From Candidatus Lustribacter sp. (GTDB lineage Bacteria > Vulcanimicrobiota > Vulcanimicrobiia > Vulcanimicrobiales > Vulcanimicrobiaceae), in the NCBI GenBank assembly GCA_965277805.1, contig OZ255842.1, positions 832,001-896,000 of the forward strand: a stretch of 64,000 nucleotides of DNA, read 5' to 3'. The notes under the pieces were generated by a model that saw nothing but the letters and a program-made list of their open reading frames with translations, did not search any database and had not been told where the DNA came from. The translations under genes were made by a program, and so were the position numbers. Every line of letters starts with the position of its first letter. The stretch's first letter is position 1. This document shows, piece after piece, positions 56,046 to 64,000 of the stretch.

Positions 56046-57152
56046 ATGCGGCGATTTGGAAATAATGCATTCGAGCTTGGGCTCTTTTCGTTCAACGTCC
56101 ACAACGGAATGGCGCATCTCGACGGTGAGGTGTGGGACAACACGTGGGAGCACAACGTGCAGGCCGCGCAGATGGCGGAAGAGGCCGGTCTCGAATTCTT
56201 GCTCCCGCTCTCCCGCTGGCAGGGTCAGCGCGGCTATCCGGCTGAGCCCGACGAACAAGGCGGCTCGTTCGAAACGATCACCTGGGCGTGCGGTCTGCTC
56301 GCCGAGACGAAGCGCATCGCGATCTTCGGTACGTTGTCGGTGGCCTACGTCAACCCGGTCTTCGGCGCGAAGCAATGCATCACGGCGCACCACATCGGCC
56401 GCGGCCGCTTCGGACTCAACATGGTGTCGGGTTCGCATCCGAAGGATGGGCCGATGTTCGGCGCGCCGGTCGGGCACCACGATAAGGACTACGATTACAC
56501 CGAAGAGTGGGTGACGATCGCGAAGCGCATCTGGACCGAGAACGCGCCGTTCGATTTCTCCGGTGAGTACTTCAATTTGAAGAACGTTCTGGTGAAGCCG
56601 AAGCCGTTCGGCGGCAACCGCCCGATGCTGATCAGCGCCGGCCACTCGCACCGCGGACGTGCGTTCGGCATGCAGCATGCCGACGCGCTCTTCACCGCGA
56701 TTACCGAGATGCGCAACGCGAAGGCTGAACTCAGTGCGGCGCGTGCAGCGAGCACCAGCGGCGAGTACGTGCCGATCTACGGCAGCAGCCATCTCTGCGC
56801 ACGTCCGACGCGCAAGGAAGCGGAAGAGTATTATCACCACGTCGTGTACGACCTCGGCGACTGGGCCGACATGGACACGCTGCTGCCGAACTGGCTGCGC
56901 GGCCGGACGATGGAAGTCGCCGACATCACGGCGCTCAAGGAGCGCATCATCAGCGGCGTCGGCACGTTTCTCGTGAAAGGCAGTTACGACGACGTCGTCG
57001 AGACGTATCGGCAGCTCCACGAAGCCGGCCTCGACGGCGTGGCCGTCGGGATGTTCGACTACATCGCGGACACCGAACGCCTGCGCGACGAGATCCTCCC
57101 GCGCATGGAGCGCATCGGCTTGCGCAAACCGGTCAAAGCCGGCGTGGCGTAA
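56046..57152 (+). CDS. LLM-class flavin-dependent monooxygenase (RutA/SfnG-like)
   Basis: AEEAGLEF..P.SRW, GRFGLN, G.YF, PKP and SAG.S.RG motifs. Confidence 0.88.
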   Translation: MRRFGNNAFELGLFSFNVHNGMAHLDGEVWDNTWEHNVQAAQMAEEAGLEFLLPLSRWQGQRGYPAEPDEQGGSFETITWACGLLAETKRIAIFGTLSVAYVNPVFGAKQCITAHHIGRGRFGLNMVSGSHPKDGPMFGAPVGHHDKDYDYTEEWVTIAKRIWTENAPFDFSGEYFNLKNVLVKPKPFGGNRPMLISAGHSHRGRAFGMQHADALFTAITEMRNAKAELSAARAASTSGEYVPIYGSSHLCARPTRKEAEEYYHHVVYDLGDWADMDTLLPNWLRGRTMEVADITALKERIISGVGTFLVKGSYDDVVETYRQLHEAGLDGVAVGMFDYIADTERLRDEILPRMERIGLRKPVKAGVA

Positions 57153-58118
57153 ATGCCGTTCATGAAGACGCTCGACCGCCGCACGTTCGTCGCCGGTGCC
57201 GCCTCGGTCGCGGTGCTGGGTGCGGCAAAGGCTTCGCGCGCCGCAACGTTGCCGCACGTGCGCATCGGCACGGTGCCGGTCGACAGCTACGGCCAGCCGT
57301 ATTACGGCGACGCCGCGGGCATTTTTACCGCGGCCGGCATCGACGTGGAAGTTGTATCGCTAGCGAACTCGGGCGCGATCGCCGCGGCGATGTCCGGCGG
57401 CTCGATCGACGTCGGGATCGGAAGTCCGAGCGGTATCGCGGGGGCGCGGCTGAACGGATTCCCGTTCACGTTCTTCGCGCCCGGACCGATCTTTGCGGTC
57501 GATGCTACGGCCACAACGCTACTGATGGTAGCAAAGGACAGTCCCTTGAAAGTGCCCGCCGATCTCGCGGGCAAGACGATCGCCGTCGATTTGCTCAAAA
57601 GCGTGCCGCAGATTGCGATGATGACGTGGCTGCAGAAGAACGGCGTCGACCCGAGCAGCGTGAAATGGCTCGAGTTGCCGTTTGCCACGATGGGCGCGGC
57701 CCTTGCTGCCGGCCGCATCGACGCCGCGACCATTGCGGAACCGGCGCTGGGTGCCTCGCGCGATGTCGCCCGCGTGTTTGCCAACTACAGCGGTGCGATC
57801 GCGCCGCGCTTTTTCATCGGCGCCTGGTTTACAACCGAAGCTTGGATGAAAGCGAATCTGGCTCTCGCGCACCAGCTCGCGCGCGCGGTCGTGCAAGTCT
57901 CCGTCTATTCGGCCTCACATCCGCAGGATACGGCTGTGGTGCTGGAGCGGATATCGAAGCTGCCGCACGACGTGATCGCGCGCATCGGGCGTTGCCCGTT
58001 CGGCACGAAACTCGAACCGGCGATGCTGGAAGCACCGATCGTTGCCGCGGCCAAAGCCGGCGTCGTTCCAAACGGAGCCGTCGGTCAGGGCCTCATCTAT
58101 CCGGGATTCGCCTCATAA
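57153..58118 (+). CDS. ABC substrate-binding protein, SsuA/THI5-like, Tat signal
   Basis: DRRTFV twin-arginine motif; DLAGKTIAV and GRIDAA..AEP. Confidence 0.85.
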   Translation: MPFMKTLDRRTFVAGAASVAVLGAAKASRAATLPHVRIGTVPVDSYGQPYYGDAAGIFTAAGIDVEVVSLANSGAIAAAMSGGSIDVGIGSPSGIAGARLNGFPFTFFAPGPIFAVDATATTLLMVAKDSPLKVPADLAGKTIAVDLLKSVPQIAMMTWLQKNGVDPSSVKWLELPFATMGAALAAGRIDAATIAEPALGASRDVARVFANYSGAIAPRFFIGAWFTTEAWMKANLALAHQLARAVVQVSVYSASHPQDTAVVLERISKLPHDVIARIGRCPFGTKLEPAMLEAPIVAAAKAGVVPNGAVGQGLIYPGFAS

Positions 58119-58160
58119 GCAAGCGGGCGAAGATGAGGGTTTGGTAAGTCTAAGCGGCAC

Positions 58161-59162
58161 TTGAGCAAATTCCGGGAAATTGGAACGATCGTGAAGACCG
58201 CAGCTTGGCCCAACCCGCGACTCATCGTAGCGCCCATCATTCTCGCGCTCGGCCTATCGCCGGCCGTGGCGCTAGCGCAGAACGTGCCCTCGTATGCGGT
58301 TCCGGTGACCGCGCAGCCGCCGGCACCGCCCGCCGATCAAGAAACGATCCGCGGCACGATCTCGTCGATCGATAACAACGGGGGCCTGCAGCTGAACGAC
58401 GATCGCGGCTTCATCGACAGCGTGCAGATCCAGCCGAACACGATCATCAATCCGGGCGGCGTGCAGCTCAAATCGGGAATGGTCGTCACCATCGGCGGCG
58501 CCGCGCAAGGCCAGGTCTTCGCCGCCAATCACATCGACGTCGCGATGAACGGTCCGTCAGGGCCGCCGCCGCAGAATAACAACGGACCGCAAGGTCTGCC
58601 GCGAAACTCGGGTGCTTACGGCCCGCCGCAGCAGCGCGGCGATGATGCCTACGTTCAGCCTCCGCCGATCCCGCTGAAGTCGGGGATGGAGCTGTCCGGT
58701 ATTCTCGCAACGCCGCTCGACTCGAAAACGGCTGTGGTCGGGCAACCGGTGAACCTCACGGATGTCGTCGCGGCGAACGGCTCGATTAACGGCGCGTCGC
58801 TGTTGGGTACCGTCGTCGACGTCCAGCATCCGGGCCCGGGGCGTAACGCCCAGATCATGCTGCACTTCGATACGCTGCAAATGCGTGACGGCTCGACTGC
58901 GCCGATCGACGGCATGGTCGTTTCCATGAAGATCAAGACGAAAAGTAACGCCGCGAAAGAAGTGGGCGGCGCGCTCGTCGGCATGATCGTCGGCAACGTA
59001 CTCGGCAAAACGCTGCTCGGCGTGAGCGGCGGCGGAGTCGTCGGCGCCTTCGGCGGCTATCTCGTTGCCAAAGACGATCGTACCGACATCACCATCCCCG
59101 CCAACACCGGCGTCACCGTCCGCCTCGTCCACGAACGCCGTCAGACAACGTCGGGTCAGTAA
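58161..59162 (+). CDS. Secreted hypothetical protein (DUF5666-like N-domain, TrbI-like/glycine-zipper C-domain)
   Basis: Signal peptide; LDS..A.VG, GGALVG...GGGVVGAFGG and TIPANT. Confidence 0.6.
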   Translation: MSKFREIGTIVKTAAWPNPRLIVAPIILALGLSPAVALAQNVPSYAVPVTAQPPAPPADQETIRGTISSIDNNGGLQLNDDRGFIDSVQIQPNTIINPGGVQLKSGMVVTIGGAAQGQVFAANHIDVAMNGPSGPPPQNNNGPQGLPRNSGAYGPPQQRGDDAYVQPPPIPLKSGMELSGILATPLDSKTAVVGQPVNLTDVVAANGSINGASLLGTVVDVQHPGPGRNAQIMLHFDTLQMRDGSTAPIDGMVVSMKIKTKSNAAKEVGGALVGMIVGNVLGKTLLGVSGGGVVGAFGGYLVAKDDRTDITIPANTGVTVRLVHERRQTTSGQ

Positions 59163-59233
59163 ATGGGCATCAGGGCTGACCGACGGCTCGGCCAGCCCCG
59201 ATATGCGTGAGGTACGAGTCGCGAAAAGATCGA

Positions 59234-59611
59234 TCAGTAGTCGACTTCGTAGAGGTAGGAACCAGCGATGGGCACGCAGTCCCGAATCTCCGGAGCGAAC
59301 CGTTGTTCGACGACGGTCTTCATCGCTGCTCGATCGAGCAACTTGGAACCGCTGGACTTTTCAATTGTCGCATTCTGCGGCGTGCCGGCCGCGCTGATCT
59401 CGAACCGCACGATCGCGGTTCCGTTTAGGGTGTAGTTCGGGGCGGGCGCGGGGGGTTCGGCGGGGTAGAAGGTCAAGGGCCGCGGGGGTGCGTTGCGGAT
59501 CGGACAGTATTCGTTTATGGGCAATGTCGTTTGCGCGGACGCCGCGACGCTGGATCCTCCAAGCATGAGGAGGAGGGTCGCCGCGGCAAGCGTGTTCTGT
59601 TGCTTCGTCAT
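59234..59611 (-). CDS. Small secreted TonB C-terminal domain protein
   Basis: Signal peptide; GTAIVRFEI, SSGSKLLDRAA and FAP motifs. Confidence 0.75.
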   Translation of the reverse strand: MTKQQNTLAAATLLLMLGGSSVAASAQTTLPINEYCPIRNAPPRPLTFYPAEPPAPAPNYTLNGTAIVRFEISAAGTPQNATIEKSSGSKLLDRAAMKTVVEQRFAPEIRDCVPIAGSYLYEVDY

Positions 59612-59793
59612 CGTTGTTTCTCCGTGCGACGGCGCAGTAGCGTGAAGACCGCCGTCACGACACTGGTAGCCGCAGCCGCGGCATTGCTCATTAGCTTGGG
59701 AAGACGTGGCTCCTCAAAGAGCGATGGGTACAATTCCTCGATTGGGAGAGTGCGAGTCGTCGTCACGGACTCGCGTTGCTCGCTGGTCGTCAT
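59608..59793 (-). CDS. Small hypothetical protein
   Basis: ATG at 59793; stop overlaps the start of the TonB_C gene (ATGA). Confidence 0.4.
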   Translation of the reverse strand: MTTSEQRESVTTTRTLPIEELYPSLFEEPRLPKLMSNAAAAATSVVTAVFTLLRRRTEKQR

Positions 59794-59968
59794 TGCGCGT
59801 TGCCTGAGGAAGCGCCCGACGTCCGAGGCGGTAGGATCGGTAGAGTAGTTCGCGTTGGAATGAGTACGGTTGATGGTCACTACTTGCTCCTTACATGCGA
59901 TGAGGTGCAAGAAGCGTAGGCGCCGTAGTGGCGAACGTTGATCCGGAAAACTACTCAATCGGAGCGGC

Positions 59969-62674
59969 GTGGACTACTCAGTTTTTTCGGCGACACTCGG
60001 CCGCGAGCGGGAACTGAAGCTGGCCCAAGAGGCGATTGCCGCCGCATGCCGCGGTGCCGGCTCCGTCCTCGTCGTTCGGGGCGCACCCGGGATGGGAAAG
60101 ACTCGCTTCCTTGAGGCTGCGCGAGCCAGCGCTGTGGCTCAGGGCGCGCGAAGCGTTACGGCGACCAACTTCTCGACGGTGAGGGGGCCCTTTGGTCCCT
60201 TTGTGGACGTAATGACTGCGCTCCGGGAGCTGGTGCCGTCGGTCATTCCTCCGCTCGAATCGGAGCGCGCCCTCTTCGAACGCGCGTTCGGCGTCGGAAG
60301 CGCGACGCAGGACGCCGCGATCGACCGGCGCCGGATATTCGTGTTGCTCGCGAACGCATTGATGCGCGCCGCGCAGCGCACTCCGCTCGTCGTCGCGATA
60401 GACGATGCGCAATGGGCGGACCCGGAGTCCATCGAATTTCTATCGTACTGGCTAACGCGGACCGATCTAGCCCGTACGCTGATCATCGTTGCCGCTCGCG
60501 ATGACGATGACGCTGAGGCAGTCGCGCATGCGCTTGACCGCTTCGAACGCGTACGCAGCGTCGACTTGTTGCCATTGCCGGCGCAGACGGCACGCGAACT
60601 CCTGGCGATGCGAACGCCGGCTGAGCGCACGTTGTCGGGGCGGGCGATCGACGAGATCTGCGAACTAGCAGACGGAAATCCGCTTTTGCTGGAACAGCTG
60701 GTTGCCACCGCGCTTGCCGCCGGCGGGCGCCCGGCAACGCCCCGAAACATCGAGCACAGCGTGCGTGGGCGGATGCGCAGCCTAGGCGGGAAGGCGGCAC
60801 GGACCATCGAGGTCGCGTCCGCGATCGGTCGCACATTTGCGTTGCACGACCTCACGGCGGTGGCCAGGATTGACGTCGACGATGCGTTGCGCGCGTTGCG
60901 CGACGCGCGGGAACTCGATCTCGTCGATGAGGTACCGGACCAGCCTGAGAAGTTCGTCTTTCGGCACGAGCTCGTTCGCCTGGCCGTCTACGAAAGAATG
61001 TTCGCCGCGGAACGCCGGGCGGTACATGCGTCCATCGCGCGGCTGCTCGAAGCGCAGGATGCTGCACCTGAACTATTGTCAGATCACTGGCGCCGATCCG
61101 GTGATGTGGAACGAGCGATCGGCTGCGCCGAACGCGCCGGCGATGCTGCCGCCGCGATCGGGGCATATGCATCGGCGCGCAACCGCTATCTCGACGTGAT
61201 CGACGCGACGACCGGGATCGCTCGTGCCCGAATCGCCGAGAAATTGGCGATGGCACTCGTCTGGCTCGGGGACACGGCACCGGCCCGCCAATATATGCGA
61301 TGGGCCATCGATCACTATGCCGCTGAGTCCGAAGACGCGAAGCGCTGGGAACTCGAATGCCGGTACGCCGAGATCGCCTACGGATGTGGCGATACTGACG
61401 AGGCCGTCGCGGCAGCGCAACGTGTCTTTCAGGCGGCTGCTGCGACGGACGAAAGTCGCTTCAGCGCGCGCGTCTCACTCGCGGTGTACGCGGCGTATTC
61501 GAACGACCTCGATGAAGCCGTCGCGCATATCAACGGCGCTATTCGCGAACTGGGTGCGCGACGGCGCATTGACGAAGTCCGTCTCGAGGAGACTCGGGCG
61601 ACCGTTGCCATGATGCGAGACGACCTCGAGGCATGGCGTCGACACGGGCAGGCAGCCCTTAGCTTGGCGGCCACCGATGTTCCCGCTACGCTCAGCAGCG
61701 TAGCAAACTTGAACTTCGCGCTGATGGCGCGCGAGCTAGGGCGCGGTGAACTTGCGCGGCCGGCTCTTGCGACCGCGATCCGGATGGCCGACGAGAACGG
61801 TCTCGTCTTTGTGGGCGCCTACGCGCGCTGCGAGGCGATCGACGTTCTCTATTCACTAGGCCGGCTTAGCGAAGCCCTGACGATGATTCGCGAAACGATC
61901 GTGCTGGGAGTTGAGGCACGCCCGGTTCGAATCGCGCTGACTGGTGCAGCGCTTCCCGTTCTGGCTGATCTGGACGCGATCGAGACGTACCCGACGATTG
62001 CCGATCGGACGCTTATCGATGCAGCGTTCGAGACCGGCGAACCCTCGCGCTACGCCTACCTTGCGGCGGCGTTCGTCTCCAGCGATTTTATTGCAGGTCG
62101 CGGTACGGAGGACCTTATCGATCGCGCTCTGGACGGCATCACCTCGACCCGCTACTTGGCTCCGTCACTGTTCACATTTGCACGTTATGGAACACTCGCA
62201 CAGATCAGCCGCGTACACGACCTCTTCGCCGCCGACCCGGCCAGAGGCGATCAGCGCATCTACCGTCTATTCGCCGACGCGTTGTACGCGCGCGCTGTCG
62301 GCGATCTCGACATTTTTCACGAAGCGGTTCGCCGGGCAACGCGGCTCGCTCACGATGCCGAACTGCGCCTCCTTGTAGCGTACGGGCTCGAGCTTGCGGG
62401 GAAGCGGCGCGATGCGCTGACAATGTATGCCCAATGCGGCGCGTTGGCGCAGCTTCGGCGCCTCAATCGACCCGACCATCTATCGAAGCGACAAGCTGAG
62501 ATCGCCGAGCTCCTTGGGCAAGGTTTGACGAATCGCGCAATCTCGGAGCGATTAGTGCTGAGCGAACGAACCGTCGAGAATCACGTAGCCGCAATCTTGG
62601 CAAAAACAGGCGCGCGAAACAGGGGAGAATTCATTAGCGCGCGGGCGGTCGGACGCGAATCGTTTCGAGCGTAA
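59969..62674 (+). CDS. LAL-type regulator (AAA ATPase, TPR-like region, LuxR HTH)
   Basis: GREREL, GAPGMGKT, IDDAQWAD, GNPL, FRHEL and LSKRQ.EIA...G.TN..I...L.LSERTVENHV. Confidence 0.9.
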   Translation: MDYSVFSATLGRERELKLAQEAIAAACRGAGSVLVVRGAPGMGKTRFLEAARASAVAQGARSVTATNFSTVRGPFGPFVDVMTALRELVPSVIPPLESERALFERAFGVGSATQDAAIDRRRIFVLLANALMRAAQRTPLVVAIDDAQWADPESIEFLSYWLTRTDLARTLIIVAARDDDDAEAVAHALDRFERVRSVDLLPLPAQTARELLAMRTPAERTLSGRAIDEICELADGNPLLLEQLVATALAAGGRPATPRNIEHSVRGRMRSLGGKAARTIEVASAIGRTFALHDLTAVARIDVDDALRALRDARELDLVDEVPDQPEKFVFRHELVRLAVYERMFAAERRAVHASIARLLEAQDAAPELLSDHWRRSGDVERAIGCAERAGDAAAAIGAYASARNRYLDVIDATTGIARARIAEKLAMALVWLGDTAPARQYMRWAIDHYAAESEDAKRWELECRYAEIAYGCGDTDEAVAAAQRVFQAAAATDESRFSARVSLAVYAAYSNDLDEAVAHINGAIRELGARRRIDEVRLEETRATVAMMRDDLEAWRRHGQAALSLAATDVPATLSSVANLNFALMARELGRGELARPALATAIRMADENGLVFVGAYARCEAIDVLYSLGRLSEALTMIRETIVLGVEARPVRIALTGAALPVLADLDAIETYPTIADRTLIDAAFETGEPSRYAYLAAAFVSSDFIAGRGTEDLIDRALDGITSTRYLAPSLFTFARYGTLAQISRVHDLFAADPARGDQRIYRLFADALYARAVGDLDIFHEAVRRATRLAHDAELRLLVAYGLELAGKRRDALTMYAQCGALAQLRRLNRPDHLSKRQAEIAELLGQGLTNRAISERLVLSERTVENHVAAILAKTGARNRGEFISARAVGRESFRA

Positions 62675-63152
62675 TCATTTGGCTCGTATCTATCGGGATA
62701 TGAACGAACTGTTCCGCGAGCCCGAGCGTCATCGAACACCTGAAGAGCACCAAGGTGACGGATGAATGGCCCCCTACGGCTGCGGTCGACACTACGGCAT
62801 TCCGGTCCGCCGCTGCGATGAAAGCATCGACATGCGCCGTTTCGGAGCTGGACGTTGTGTCGGACAACTGCAATGGTGCGTTCATGGAAGTAAATGTAGC
62901 GTCCTCGATTCGCAGTTTTTCCGCTCCGACGTGACCCAACGCCGCGATGCCCGGACAGGACGGTTGAAACACGCCTTTTGCGTCCGCGACGAGTCTCGGG
63001 TTATACGTTGCCGGCCCGCAGTGATCAGTGGCGCACTGCGTTCCGGTGAGCGGCAGCCCCGGAGTAGTCTGCGGCAGAAACTCTGCAGCGGCGACTCCGC
63101 CGCCAAACATGAGAACGCCAACGGCGGCCAACCGTAATAGCTCCTTCGCCAT
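62634..63152 (-). CDS. Secreted hypothetical protein
   Basis: MAKELLRLAAVGVLMFGGGVAAA signal; four Cys residues. Confidence 0.45.
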   Translation of the reverse strand: MAKELLRLAAVGVLMFGGGVAAAEFLPQTTPGLPLTGTQCATDHCGPATYNPRLVADAKGVFQPSCPGIAALGHVGAEKLRIEDATFTSMNAPLQLSDTTSSSETAHVDAFIAAADRNAVVSTAAVGGHSSVTLVLFRCSMTLGLAEQFVHIPIDTSQMITLETIRVRPPAR

Positions 63153-63227
63153 TACGTGAACTTCGTAGATTGCGCCTGTTTCCCTAGGTGGAGCGACCGT
63201 ACAAAAAAACGGCATCCCGCGCAAAAA

Positions 63228-63258
63228 AAACGCCCGATCCCTTGGGGGACGGGCGTTT
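63228..63258 (-). terminator. Rho-independent terminator of tRNA-Phe
   Basis: AAACGCCCG...CGGGCGTTT stem; the A-run on + gives a U tail on -. Confidence 0.65.
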
Positions 63259-63264
63259 ACGGAG

Positions 63265-63341
63265 TGGTGCCGAGACCCGGAATCGAACCGGGGACCCACG
63301 GTTTTTCAGACCGTTGCTCTACCGGACTGAGCTATCTCGGC
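63265..63341 (-). tRNA. tRNA-Phe(GAA)
   Basis: Reverse complement GCCGAGATAGCTCAGTCCGGTAGAGCAACGGTCT-GAA-AAACCGTGGGTCCCCGGTTCGATTCCGGGTCTCGGCACCA. Confidence 0.95.
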
Positions 63342-63706
63342 ACGACTTAGTGGCCTGAAGGCCGACGCGTTTTCTTCACCGGCCGGGTTCGCTGCCCTTC
63401 CCTGCGGCTACGTCCGGCACAAGTCAGTGCTTGGCCGGTTTGCCCTGCGGGCGTCCGGGGTTCACACACGTACGTTCCGGGCAGATAATATCGCTGTGGA
63501 AACTTCATTCGACGAAGAGACGGCGGCCGCGTTTAGCGGACCGAATCGCCGGCGTTCGCGCCGCCGGCGCGCGTCTACAACGGTAGAGGGCGATTCGCGC
63601 CGCGCCGACCGCCGCCGGCAGAAGCCCGGGATTGCTGGTTTGCTGCGCGATATGGGCTTGGACAGCCGCGGTCCGAACGGAGACTAGTCCCGCGAGCCGG
63701 GCGGCG

Positions 63707-64000
63707 TCAGTGTTTGGCCGGTTTGCCCTCGAGGGTCCAGGTGTGGAGACCGTTCCCCGGCGCGGTGGCCGTTAGCTTTCCATCGACGAGCGTGCCGTTG
63801 AAATAGTGGTTCTGGATCCGGTTGCCATTGCCGATGAGGAGCCAGATCTTCGTGCCGGTCATGCCGCCGGTGACCTGGACGATTTGCCCTTCGGTGTTCA
63901 TGAACGTGCCTGAGACGATGCCGTCGTCTGAAATCGAAAGCCGTAAGCGTCCGTCGTACTCGCCGGCCGACTCCGGATCGTACTGGCGCGTCGTCAAGTC
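63707..64000 (-). CDS. Hypothetical beta-rich protein (5' end outside window)
   Basis: Open to the window edge; host-like codon usage. Confidence 0.6.
   Translation of the reverse strand, partial: DLTTRQYDPESAGEYDGRLRLSISDDGIVSGTFMNTEGQIVQVTGGMTGTKIWLLIGNGNRIQNHYFNGTLVDGKLTATAPGNGLHTWTLEGKPAKH

Noticed and set aside
63153-63350. ORF extensions across tRNA-Phe
   Set aside because: Overlap the tRNA and its terminator.

Overview
GC-rich bacterial chromosomal window with no CRISPR array, rRNA, integrase or transposase. Gene style suggests a soil lineage such as Ca. Eremiobacterota/Vulcanimicrobiota (inference only). The first ~25 kb holds a mosaic de novo purine cluster: purB(3' end), purC/PAICS-like fusion, purL, purQ, tandem purS-like gene, purP, a secreted hypothetical, a second purP-like gene, guaA, purD, yccA, purF, and later purM and a GNAT::purN fusion. 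It combines an animal-PAICS-like SAICAR synthetase carrying an apparently inactive PurE domain with two archaeal-type PurP ATP-grasp enzymes. A block of pepA, two gentisate-type dioxygenases, an acyl-CoA dehydrogenase and a ThDP enzyme interrupts it. Next come two secreted proteins built from a shared NPSAN-x7-PAxG[NL]GG repeat that I do not recognise, then tsaD and thrS. The remainder is a patchwork: four tRNAs (Val-GAC, Val-CAC, Asp-GTC, Phe-GAA), many orphan solute-binding proteins, a cupredoxin/metallophosphoesterase/ECF module, topoisomerase IB, a GGDEF-EAL protein, a Cys-type UGSC-like pair and a LAL-type regulator beside tRNA-Phe. All calls come from motif recognition by eye; no searches were run.
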